Shown: piece by piece, positions 1-9,470 of the stretch
Layout: each line of letters starts with the position of its first letter
How positions within the stretch are numbered: position 1 is the stretch's first letter
NCBI GenBank assembly: GCA_902793695.1
Contig: CADBEI010000002.1
Span: forward strand, 10,771 to 74,770
Reading direction: 5' to 3'
DNA from: an uncultured Pseudomonadota bacterium
GTDB taxonomy: Bacteria; Pseudomonadota; Alphaproteobacteria; RF32; CAG-239
DNA length: 64,000 nucleotides
The notes under the pieces: generated by a model
The model's input: the letters and a program-made list of their open reading frames with translations, nothing else
What the model was told of the DNA's origin: nothing
Database searches by the model: none
Translations under genes and position numbers: made by a program

Positions 1-113
1 TTCTCCCGCTACCATAACTCAGTATAAACTTATTACTGCACTGAATCGCTGTCAATACATTTTGCCGATTTTCCTGTGTTTTTTATAGTCTGTTGTACAC
101 TTGCACGGTGTTT

Positions 114-1016
114 TTAGGTTACTTCGGTAATGGCGCGTTGGTTACCCATACGTTGAATTTGCACCACATGCAGTTTACGTCGCATTTCATCAAGCGTTTG
201 CTCCACGTTTACGGCGCCGTTGGTTGAGGCCATAATACGCTTAATAAATTGCAAATACGCTTCTTGTGAACTTTCCGCGTGGATGGTGGCAAAGCAATTA
301 TCGTGACCGGAACCCATCAGCTGCCAAATACCGCTGGCATAATCAATATCATTGGTTTGGTTAGTACGAGACATCACGAGGTGAACACGATTCGGGTGAG
401 GCACAATCAACTCACGAGTATCTTCAACCGTAATAATTCGTTTGTGAATATCCAAAATTTTCAGCAAATTATTTAAAAAAGTAGTTTTACCGGTTGATGT
501 TGCGCCGGACACCAAAATGTGTTCACCTCGCTTTATATACAGAAGAAGCCGTTCATAAGCATCGTCCGGTACCTTAATATCTTTAAGCGGATTGAGCTTC
601 ATGAGGGCTTGCCCCTGCTTCATTCCGTAATCTTCGAGACCGAAAGCGACGTCATCGGCGTGAAGACGAATAGCCAAAGCGATACCGCCGGTTAAATCTT
701 CTTCATCATACATGACGTTCCTCCCGCAGATTGCGGAAAAACGGTGATCCCCCGGAATTGTTGCATAAACAAACGGAGAACCTTGTAACGGATCAAACTC
801 CAACTCATAAGTATTGGCAATGATATAGAGTAAATCCGTTAAATATTCTTTTGAAAGCTTTTCATCTTTATACATAACCCACGGATAGGCGCGCTTTCCA
901 CGCATACGGAGCCATATCTGGCCGGCGCGATTTATGGCAACCTCCTCCAGATTATCCTGATTATACCAATAGGATAAAGGTCTTAAAACTGATTCCAATA
1001 CCGAAAAATCACTCAT
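114..1016 (-). CDS. virB11: VirB11-family T4SS traffic ATPase
   Basis: Track ORF is 114..1124. I prefer the internal ATG at 1016 (MSDFSVLES...), 10 nt after the virB10 TAG stop and preceded by GAGAAGGA. Walker A GATSTGKTT, Asp box ITVEDTRELI and His box FATIHA are typical of VirB11/T2SSE ATPases. It is the last gene of the virB-like operon. Confidence 0.85.
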   Translation of the reverse strand: MSDFSVLESVLRPLSYWYNQDNLEEVAINRAGQIWLRMRGKRAYPWVMYKDEKLSKEYLTDLLYIIANTYELEFDPLQGSPFVYATIPGDHRFSAICGRNVMYDEEDLTGGIALAIRLHADDVAFGLEDYGMKQGQALMKLNPLKDIKVPDDAYERLLLYIKRGEHILVSGATSTGKTTFLNNLLKILDIHKRIITVEDTRELIVPHPNRVHLVMSRTNQTNDIDYASGIWQLMGSGHDNCFATIHAESSQEAYLQFIKRIMASTNGAVNVEQTLDEMRRKLHVVQIQRMGNQRAITEVT

Positions 1017-1026
1017 TATCCTTCTC

Positions 1027-4000
1027 CTAAAACATATTTTCCTCGCCCGTACCCAAATCAGGTATGTCGCTATTGCTGTCAATAGCAGGCGGAGGTTGTG
1101 TCGGGTAATTGTTCTGCGGAGCATTTGACGACGGCTGAGAACTCAGGCCTCCCCTGTTTGGTTGCGGTGCCGATACCGGCTGATAATTACCTTGATTATT
1201 GCCGTCATAAGTAACTTCAACATTATCAGCGTTGGCGCCACCATCTGAAAATACCGTGGCTTCTCTGTTGTCATTGCTGTCTCCGTTTCGACCTCTGGTA
1301 CGCCGCGAGCGCTCTTCGTTGTTGAGCCACAAATCCTGATTCGGATAAATTATGATACGCGTGCCGGCCGGAACATAAGCCACGGATTTAATAGCTTGCT
1401 TTCTCTTAATTATATCGTTAATGATTTTCGTAATTTGATCATTAACCTGATTTCGGGCATCTGACATTGCCTCGCTGCGTGCATCTTGCGTTGTGGTTGT
1501 TCCGTTGCTGTTGGTGGTAGAAGTAGAACCATCACCTGATGCCATGGCTATGTTAACCAAGCCTTGTAACGCCGTCGATACGATAGGGAAAGTGTAGCGC
1601 TTCATCAACTGCTCATCCAAATATCCGATAGCACCGGCGCGTCCTTGAGCATCTGCGGTTTGAGCACTGCTAAATCTCCATTGTGAACCATCCGGTCGAA
1701 TAAGACGCTTCCACGTAATATTGATTTTGACCGCACCACCGCTTTCGCCGGAAAGACTATCGCTTTTATTATCAAGACTGCCGATAACTCTCGAGCCGGC
1801 CGGAATAATAATGTTACGCCCTTCTTCCGCAAATACGTTGCGTTCAACAATTGCGGTTACCGGAATCTTTTCTCCCAAGCCGTCGGAAGCATAAACCGAA
1901 CGCGCCAAAACCGCCGGAATTCCCTTATCCTCGAGAATCATCTCACTCATATCAACACGCCAAGAAGATATCTGATTGCCTTGAGGTCCGCCATCCCAAC
2001 CGTCTTCTTCATAGCCGGTAAATACGGACGGATCATATTCTTTCTCTTGTGGCGTTGATATATAACTCTTTAATTGTGAATACATATTCATTCGGCGATT
2101 GTTTTGATAATTCATTACCAAAGCAGCACGTTCCGGACTTAATCTTCCGCCCGGTCCGGTACCTCCGTCAGGACCGACATCGGGTTGTTCCTTGGTATCC
2201 CAAGCTCCGGCCGTTTCCGGAATAAATATAGATGGTTTATTTATTTCAACGGTACCGACAGGGTTATAATTTGTATCAACCACCAAATTATCTTGTCTGT
2301 ATCCGATAACTTCACCATTTTTACCGATAACTTCTCCGTTATCATAAACGTCTCCCATATATTCGCCGGACGGATCAATAAAGAAACCCACAATTTTATT
2401 TCTGTTGCTTCTGCCAGATCGACGAACCGTTACTCCGGTTTCCGGTTTTTGCGTGTCTAATTCTTCCGTTTCATTCGGTATTATGGTAGTAATACTCGGA
2501 CGTCTGCGTTTCCTATCCGCTTCCGGCACCGGTTTGTTGGTGGCGATATAATACTGATATGGTGTGGCCTGCGCAATCTCATTGCCATCGGCATCATGAA
2601 TGGCACCGTTTTCTTTTAAATATCCGATATTTGCTCCTTCGGCATTGACTACCGTATCATTGAGTTGCAACTCACCGACTACGTTATTACTGCTGTCTCT
2701 GACAATATAATCACGATTACCGCGGGCAACAACTTCGCCACGACGAATCACAAAGCCGCGATCCAATTTGCCAAGCTGACTACCGACCATACTCAGCACC
2801 GTACCGTCTTTGGTTAAATAACCGTAAACTACGAAGTTATCGTCATAAACATAGAAATCATACAAGGCATATCCGATATTTGCCCCTTCATATTCAACAC
2901 TGCCGTCAAAATTAATTTGCCCGACAACTCTGTCGCCACTATCTCTGACCTGTCCCGCACCGTCAATCATTCCCAAGAATGTATTGTTGTTTCTGTATGC
3001 AACCTTATAGCGCATCACATTTCCCAAATTCCTTTTGGAGGTAGAAACAACGTTACCGTTCGGCTGCATATAGCCCACCGTCGAGTCGTCGCTGTTAATA
3101 ACCTTACCGGTTGCCAACACATGACCGAAAATCCGATTTTCAAAGTCAATAACCGGCTCCGGTAAAATCACACCATAGCGCTGATGATGTTCCTCGTCCG
3201 TAATTATACCACGACGATCGACACATCCGATATTTTTTCCCTCGGCATTTCTACCGGTTGCACCGCTGACCGTACCGCTGAAATTACCGTCAAAATCTAT
3301 CAAACCGTGTTGCTGTACCGAATAACCGATATAATTACCGACATCGGAAATAGCTTGTCCGTTCGGCAAAATGTGTCCGCTGATAACATCGTGATTATCA
3401 ATGACATCGCCCTTGCCGTCAACCACGCCGATAATACTGCATTTATCGTTGACTACCGTGGAGAACGGTACTAATTTGCCGTTAACAATATCGTTATTAT
3501 CGGTAACATATTCATTATATATCACATGGCCGGCAACATCACCGTTAGTGCCGATAACATTACCTTCGCTGTCGGCATAACCGATTAAGTCGCCGCCGGT
3601 ATTCAAAGCGATAAGTTTGTTACCGCTGAAGCCTTTAATCGGTGAGGTTAACGGAGAAAGCTTATCTTTGGTTTCTACCACATACCCTCCCGGAATAACT
3701 TTATAAGCAATATTCCCCGATTGATCCAAAAGCAGGTTGCTATCTGCAAATGTACCGAGCGGCTTACCGTCATAATCCAAAGCATAACGCGGATTCAAGA
3801 TTTCACCGACAAAGTTTTTACCATCTTGAACTATTCCGGAGCCGGTCAGATGTGTGCCACCCGCACGATATAACGCCCCGTTGGGATCTACGTATGAATA
3901 TAATACACCTTCCGGACCATATACCGCAGAAAGTGAGTATCCGGTGCCGACCGGCTTGCCGTCAGCATTAATCACATAGCCGAACGGTGAAATGTGAACT

Positions 4001-5229
4001 ACCGAGCCACCGACAACCACACCGGCATCAATATTGGAAATACCTACCGGACCATTGTTTTCAAAGGCAATCATACCGTCAACCGTTCCGCCGAGAAGCG
4101 TACCGTTGGTGCTGTACGCCATATTGCCCGACATTTGTCCGATATTCCCGCCGCCGAGCGAAATTACGCGGCCGTTTTTCATACTCTGCCCTTTTAGGCG
4201 CGCCATACTGTCATAAATCGGTCCGGTTTTTACCAAATCGCCGATTTTATTACCGTTTTTATCGTAAACATAACCTTTAGCACCGATATGACCGATAACT
4301 TTATCTCCGTGCATAATATTGCCGTTCGGTGCCAGGTAACCCAAATATTTGCCTGCATTATTATTGGCTGTGGCGGCAATGTCTGCGGCAAACCCGATTA
4401 CATCGCCGGAATCATTTATTAATTTGCCGTCAGCACGATATCTGGCAATTACTTTATCGCCGTCTTTAACTTCACCGTTATAGCCGACTATTCCCAAATA
4501 TTTTCCGGCTTGCGTAAAAGCGTAGCTTGTGGAAATAACGCTGCCGATAACTTTGTCTTGAGCATCATAGGCATAACCGTTGGCGTGAATTTTGCCGACG
4601 GACTTTCCTTCAAAATCAATAATCTGACCGGTAGGCGCTATACTGCCGATAAACTTACCGTCAACCGAAACCACCATTTTGGAAGACATAAGTTTGCCAT
4701 CCAAGATATAGTCTTCGCCGGATTTGCGATAAGCATAGCCGTTGGCGGAAACAAAACCGATGTGTTTTCCTTCCAGCTTCGTATATTCGCCGCCGCCGGT
4801 CAAACGTCCGATAGCTTCTCCGTTTGGCGAATAAATAATTCCCGGATACAGCACCGCACCGATTACATTTGAATTATCATTGATAACCAGTCCGTTAGGT
4901 AAAGATTTACCCAGCGTTTTACCGCTCAAACTGCGCACTACGCCGTCACTGTGAATTTTTCCGAGCAAGCGGTTATCCATACCGATGACAACACCTTGCG
5001 GCACAACACCGCCGATAACTGCTCCGTGTTCGCTCATAATCAAACTGTCAGCCGTAACATATCCTATATTATCGCCATCGGGATTTATAACAATACCGGT
5101 GGAAATTACCTGTCCGATAATATCTCCGTTAAAATCAATAGCCGTAATCTCAGCGGCATAACCGTTGAGTGGCAGGAACATTCCCGCTAAGAATAATATA
5201 TTTTTGGCTTTTCTTATTATTCTCAACAT
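1027..5229 (-). CDS. virB10: Giant VirB10/TrbI-family protein (1400 aa) with a ~1000-aa N-terminal repeat module
   Basis: aa ~1090-1300 match the VirB10/TrbI C-terminal domain (IPAGSRVIGS, INITWKRLIRPDGSQW, DAQGRAGAIGYLDEQL, VPAGTRIIIYPNQDLW). The N-terminus is a hydrophobic signal/anchor (ILFLAGMFLPLNGYAAE). aa ~30-1000 are degenerate units ending in G-x-I/V-G. The start lies 2 nt after the stop of the upstream gene. Confidence 0.8.
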   Translation of the reverse strand: MLRIIRKAKNILFLAGMFLPLNGYAAEITAIDFNGDIIGQVISTGIVINPDGDNIGYVTADSLIMSEHGAVIGGVVPQGVVIGMDNRLLGKIHSDGVVRSLSGKTLGKSLPNGLVINDNSNVIGAVLYPGIIYSPNGEAIGRLTGGGEYTKLEGKHIGFVSANGYAYRKSGEDYILDGKLMSSKMVVSVDGKFIGSIAPTGQIIDFEGKSVGKIHANGYAYDAQDKVIGSVISTSYAFTQAGKYLGIVGYNGEVKDGDKVIARYRADGKLINDSGDVIGFAADIAATANNNAGKYLGYLAPNGNIMHGDKVIGHIGAKGYVYDKNGNKIGDLVKTGPIYDSMARLKGQSMKNGRVISLGGGNIGQMSGNMAYSTNGTLLGGTVDGMIAFENNGPVGISNIDAGVVVGGSVVHISPFGYVINADGKPVGTGYSLSAVYGPEGVLYSYVDPNGALYRAGGTHLTGSGIVQDGKNFVGEILNPRYALDYDGKPLGTFADSNLLLDQSGNIAYKVIPGGYVVETKDKLSPLTSPIKGFSGNKLIALNTGGDLIGYADSEGNVIGTNGDVAGHVIYNEYVTDNNDIVNGKLVPFSTVVNDKCSIIGVVDGKGDVIDNHDVISGHILPNGQAISDVGNYIGYSVQQHGLIDFDGNFSGTVSGATGRNAEGKNIGCVDRRGIITDEEHHQRYGVILPEPVIDFENRIFGHVLATGKVINSDDSTVGYMQPNGNVVSTSKRNLGNVMRYKVAYRNNNTFLGMIDGAGQVRDSGDRVVGQINFDGSVEYEGANIGYALYDFYVYDDNFVVYGYLTKDGTVLSMVGSQLGKLDRGFVIRRGEVVARGNRDYIVRDSSNNVVGELQLNDTVVNAEGANIGYLKENGAIHDADGNEIAQATPYQYYIATNKPVPEADRKRRRPSITTIIPNETEELDTQKPETGVTVRRSGRSNRNKIVGFFIDPSGEYMGDVYDNGEVIGKNGEVIGYRQDNLVVDTNYNPVGTVEINKPSIFIPETAGAWDTKEQPDVGPDGGTGPGGRLSPERAALVMNYQNNRRMNMYSQLKSYISTPQEKEYDPSVFTGYEEDGWDGGPQGNQISSWRVDMSEMILEDKGIPAVLARSVYASDGLGEKIPVTAIVERNVFAEEGRNIIIPAGSRVIGSLDNKSDSLSGESGGAVKINITWKRLIRPDGSQWRFSSAQTADAQGRAGAIGYLDEQLMKRYTFPIVSTALQGLVNIAMASGDGSTSTTNSNGTTTTQDARSEAMSDARNQVNDQITKIINDIIKRKQAIKSVAYVPAGTRIIIYPNQDLWLNNEERSRRTRGRNGDSNDNREATVFSDGGANADNVEVTYDGNNQGNYQPVSAPQPNRGGLSSQPSSNAPQNNYPTQPPPAIDSNSDIPDLGTGEENMF

Positions 5230-5231
5230 TA

Positions 5232-8200
5232 TTAATTCCTCCTATTGCGTGCCACTTCCGGTAAACTGTATCCGGAAACGTTTTTATCGACATCGACAAA
5301 GGAGCCGTTACTCTTTAAGTATCCGACTTCGTTGTTTTGGTTGGAAATAACACGCCCCGTTGCCGACAATCTGCCGATATATTCGCCCTTATCCGACAAT
5401 ATGGTGTTACCGATGGTATAAACGTGCCCCATCAAATTGTTTTGATTATCTACCGCCAATCCGTCAGTCAAAATCTTACCGACAATCGAACCACCGGAGA
5501 ATACTTTACCATCAAAGCCGACAGTACCTTTAATGATGTCATCGCTGCCGATTATGATATCCCCGCTGACGATTTCGCCCAAAAACTTGCCGGTACTGCT
5601 GATAATTTTACCGTCAGGCATTGATTTACCGGCTACAATATGCTTGGTATCAAGGTATTCTCCGCTCAGAGTTGCCGTACCGACAATCTCACCTGCAGAA
5701 TTAATAACCGCACCCGATGATATTGCAACCAAATTACTGTTATTGCCTCCACCCGGCAGCAGTGCAGTAATTTCTTTACGATTGTTACCGACAATTACGC
5801 CCAAACTTGTGGCCAAACCTACCGGATTGCCGTATACGTCGACCATCACACTCTCCGGTAATACCTCGCCGATTATTTTACCTTCTTTAATCACAAATCC
5901 GTCCGGTGTAACGTTACCGGTAATCTCACCGCGACGATATTTACGATCTGAGCCGGATTTGATATTTTCAAGTTCTATCACTTTTCCGGTGGAAACCGCA
6001 TATCCCAGATAAGCACCGTCATACCCGCGAACGCTACCTTGTTTAACCGCGCCGCCTACCAGTCTGCCGCTCTCGTCGAACATTTGACCTTTGGTATTAA
6101 CTTTGCCGATTTTGGTACCTTTATAATCAACAACCGATAAGTCATAATTTATCACACCGATCTTATTACCGTTCATATCAACAACATGCGCCGGACGAAT
6201 TATTTTTGCTACGGCTCCGTTATAAAATCCGATATCGCCTGTATTGATGTTATCAACCACCACTCCCGCCGCATCATATACCAAACCGTCGGCAAATAAG
6301 TGACCGATTATATGTCCGGACGAATCTGCCAATATATTTATTTCCGGTACGGCATACCCGTATATTTTATTGTTCCTGTCCATAATCAGGTTATTGATAC
6401 CGACATATACCGCTCTGCCGTCAACCAAATCCAAGCGCCCTGTCTGATCCAACGTTCCGAGCGGTTTACCGTCAAATCCGTAAACATTTTTTGCATCGGA
6501 TACCTTACCGATATAAGCGGCATCGGCATCATACACATCACCGAAAGCATCGGCGCAACCGACAGCTTCACCTTCTTCGTCACGCAACAAACCGCTTTCA
6601 TCCAACATTCCGACCGGTTTCCACGTTTTGGCCGATATTACAAAACTCTTTTTAACCAAATGCCCTTTAATTTGCGGCTCATTCAAATCCAGTACCGTGC
6701 CATCCGGATTGATGCAACCCACTTCCTGATTATTGCTGTCGCGTACATAACCATCGGCCATAGCTTCACCGATATAAGCACAGTCATCATCATAAACACT
6801 TCCGGTTATCATAGCGCGTCCGGCAAAAGTACCTTCCGGTGTCCAGACCGTTTCGTCCGGATAAACTTTATATCCGGTTTCTTTGCCGTCACGACGGATT
6901 ATGCCGTCTTTATCCAGCTTTAAGCTATAATCGCAACCCCAGTTGACGATATAACCCTGTTTAACGCCTTTTGCCAGAATTTTGGCGCCGGATACATCCG
7001 TTGCCAATCCGTTCGGACGCATTTTACCGACAACCTTCTGCTGATTAACCACCTCACCACGGTTATTAATGGTACCGAGTAATTCGCCTGCCGGTGTAAT
7101 CGGCAGCAGCTGCTTATCAATTATTCCGCCGATGACTCGTTGTCCGAGAGTACGAGCATTTCCGTTTGCGTCAACGATACCGGCAATTTCACTGCCGTTA
7201 TGGATTAAACCGTCTTCACCGACATATCCGAAAACATTACCTTTATCATCTACCGCCAACTTAGCTTTGTTACCTTTACGACCGATGATATTTCCCTGAC
7301 CGTCAACTATATTGCCATTATCGTCAACGTGTCCTTTCAAACTGCCGTCAAAACCGAAAACATTACCATCATCGTCGATATAGCCGAGAGGATTTCCGTT
7401 TTCATCAACCACCAAATCTCTGCTATCGCTGAGATGTCCTATAACATCGCCGGAATAATCTTTACGGATAATCTGACCATTCTCATCCAATGTTCCGAGA
7501 AAAGAACCGTCAAAATTGTGTGCAACTCCGTTTTCATCAACAAAACCGATAAAATTGCCTTCTGTATCCAATGCGATTCGCATATCACCTTTACGGCCGA
7601 TAAGATTACCGTCATCGTCAAAAATGTTACCTTCTTCATCCGCGTGACCTATAAGATTGCCGTCAAAATCAAAAACATTGCCGTCCGGATCGATATAGCC
7701 GATGGCATTACCCTGACTGTCCACCGCTAAATCGCGCTGATAGCCGATAATATTGCCTTTTTCATCAACAATATTACCATTTTCATCTGCTTTGCCGATA
7801 ATAGAACCGTTCATATCGTGAGCAACTCCGTATTCATCGACATAGCCGATAACATTACCGTTGTCATCGACAATTAATTTAACTTTTTGCCCAACCGTGC
7901 CGATGACAGATATTTTCGGCTTATTACCTATAATATTACCGTCTTTATCAACATAGCCGATGATACTGCCGTTGTTGTCATGAACTCGGTTGTTTTCATC
8001 TATATAGCCAATAACATTACCGTCGTTATCTACTGCCAAATCGCGCCATTCATCGCTGACGTGCCCGATGATTTTGCCGCTTTTATCAATTACATTGCCA
8101 TCTTTATCAACCTTACCGATAAGATTGCCGTTAAAATCACGAACATTGCCGTTTTCATCGATATAGCCGATAATATTGCCGGCGTCGTCATACACCATTT

Positions 8201-9467
8201 GTGCCTGACCACCGCGTTTTCCGATTTTTTCATAGGTGGTAACCGTACCGTCGGCGTTCATATGCCCGACAACATTGCCATCGGCATCAACTACATCACC
8301 GTTAGGCATAACCACACCCAAAATATTACCGTCGGCATCCGTAACAACTTCACCGGCTTTAGCCACGCGGCCGATAATGTTGCCGTTTACGTCAATCACA
8401 TTGCCGTTTGCGTCCAAGCGACCGATTACGTTGCCGTCGGCATCAACAACCGTGCCGTCAGGAAGTACTTTGCCCAAAATATTGCCGTTGGCATCAACCG
8501 CAATACCGAAATCTACACCGCGACCGATTATTTTGCCGTTGACATCGACAATCGTGCCATCCGGAAGCATATTACCGATAACGTTACCTTCCATATCGTG
8601 CGCAACTCCGTTGGCATCAACATAGCCGATAACATTGCCGTTTTCATCCAAAATCAGCTTGCCGTTTGAAGCCACACCGATAATGTTGCCGTCTTTATCG
8701 ACAATCATTCCGTCAGCATTAAGTCTGCCGATTTCATTACCATTGGCATCACGGACTATACCATCATCGCCGATTGTGCCGATAATCTTACCGTCAGGGC
8801 CGACGGCATATCGCATACTGCCGTCAATAGATGTTTCCTCCGTACTGCTCGGACCGGTATCGCAATAGTTACAGTTTTCTTTGGTTACGGCGCTGCCGCG
8901 TACCGTTACTTCATCGTGCTTGGCGCTCTGTGCCGAAACATTGGTTTCGTGCCAAATAATTTTAAAGTTGTTCTGCACGTTGGCCGCCATTGTCGGTACC
9001 CATTTGGTCGTTACCATACAGGTTGCTTTTCCGCGCAGTTCTTTATTTTGACAATTTGAGGAATCATAGCTGAAACCATCAAACGGGGCCTCTTCAAGTT
9101 CCACCGACAAAATTCTGATTTCGCGTTTGCCGTTGGTACCTATTGTCAAAACATTGGTAGCTTCGTTACCCAAAACAATTTGCCCCATATTCAATTCGAG
9201 AGGTGACAATGTTATCGGGCGTTCTTCTTCGCTCGGATTGTCCCATTCCACGTCTTCAGGCACTTCCGTAGGTCTTATATTAACATCGGTTTCGGCAGAA
9301 ATTCCGTCTTGTTCAATTCTGACTTCACGCTCTTCTTCTTCGGTACCAGATGTTATTAACATCAAGGCAAACAAGAAAAACAAAAGAGCAATTATGCCGA
9401 TAATCAAAAAGATTTTATCGGTTTTTCTTACATATCTGTCTGATCTTGTTAACGGACCTTTACTCAT
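5232..9467 (-). CDS. 1411-aa bitopic membrane protein made of decapeptide D-x-x-G-N-x-I-G repeats, function unknown
   Basis: Long uninterrupted ORF with a basic N-terminus and one TM (IFLIIGIIALLFFLFALMLI). It carries dozens of units such as VDANGNILGK / LPDGTVVDAD / GNVIGRLDAN. Translationally coupled on both sides (3 nt after the virB9 stop, 2 nt before the virB10 start). Confidence 0.75.
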   Translation of the reverse strand: MSKGPLTRSDRYVRKTDKIFLIIGIIALLFFLFALMLITSGTEEEEREVRIEQDGISAETDVNIRPTEVPEDVEWDNPSEEERPITLSPLELNMGQIVLGNEATNVLTIGTNGKREIRILSVELEEAPFDGFSYDSSNCQNKELRGKATCMVTTKWVPTMAANVQNNFKIIWHETNVSAQSAKHDEVTVRGSAVTKENCNYCDTGPSSTEETSIDGSMRYAVGPDGKIIGTIGDDGIVRDANGNEIGRLNADGMIVDKDGNIIGVASNGKLILDENGNVIGYVDANGVAHDMEGNVIGNMLPDGTIVDVNGKIIGRGVDFGIAVDANGNILGKVLPDGTVVDADGNVIGRLDANGNVIDVNGNIIGRVAKAGEVVTDADGNILGVVMPNGDVVDADGNVVGHMNADGTVTTYEKIGKRGGQAQMVYDDAGNIIGYIDENGNVRDFNGNLIGKVDKDGNVIDKSGKIIGHVSDEWRDLAVDNDGNVIGYIDENNRVHDNNGSIIGYVDKDGNIIGNKPKISVIGTVGQKVKLIVDDNGNVIGYVDEYGVAHDMNGSIIGKADENGNIVDEKGNIIGYQRDLAVDSQGNAIGYIDPDGNVFDFDGNLIGHADEEGNIFDDDGNLIGRKGDMRIALDTEGNFIGFVDENGVAHNFDGSFLGTLDENGQIIRKDYSGDVIGHLSDSRDLVVDENGNPLGYIDDDGNVFGFDGSLKGHVDDNGNIVDGQGNIIGRKGNKAKLAVDDKGNVFGYVGEDGLIHNGSEIAGIVDANGNARTLGQRVIGGIIDKQLLPITPAGELLGTINNRGEVVNQQKVVGKMRPNGLATDVSGAKILAKGVKQGYIVNWGCDYSLKLDKDGIIRRDGKETGYKVYPDETVWTPEGTFAGRAMITGSVYDDDCAYIGEAMADGYVRDSNNQEVGCINPDGTVLDLNEPQIKGHLVKKSFVISAKTWKPVGMLDESGLLRDEEGEAVGCADAFGDVYDADAAYIGKVSDAKNVYGFDGKPLGTLDQTGRLDLVDGRAVYVGINNLIMDRNNKIYGYAVPEINILADSSGHIIGHLFADGLVYDAAGVVVDNINTGDIGFYNGAVAKIIRPAHVVDMNGNKIGVINYDLSVVDYKGTKIGKVNTKGQMFDESGRLVGGAVKQGSVRGYDGAYLGYAVSTGKVIELENIKSGSDRKYRRGEITGNVTPDGFVIKEGKIIGEVLPESVMVDVYGNPVGLATSLGVIVGNNRKEITALLPGGGNNSNLVAISSGAVINSAGEIVGTATLSGEYLDTKHIVAGKSMPDGKIISSTGKFLGEIVSGDIIIGSDDIIKGTVGFDGKVFSGGSIVGKILTDGLAVDNQNNLMGHVYTIGNTILSDKGEYIGRLSATGRVISNQNNEVGYLKSNGSFVDVDKNVSGYSLPEVARNRRN
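7190..8825 (-). repeat. Most regular part of the coding repeat array (~30-nt units, higher-order ~45-50-codon period)
   Basis: Protein aa ~215-760 read as consecutive 10-residue units. A recurring super-unit reads LAVD..GN.IGYID..G.V.D..G..IG..D..GNI.D..GN.IG. At DNA level 7811-7870 and 8591-8650 are ~52/60 identical by hand count. Confidence 0.7.
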
Positions 9468-9470
9468 TTG

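Noticed and set aside
6300-8669. Several long plus-strand ORFs (6300..6923, 7329..7730, 7887..8669, 8236..8625) inside the 1411-aa repeat gene
   Set aside because: They are antisense shadows of the G-x-I-G repeat array. Their products are monotonous I/A/N/T/D or P/S/T/L strings with no signal, RBS or motif. The minus-strand ORF is uninterrupted for 4.2 kb and is operon-coupled.
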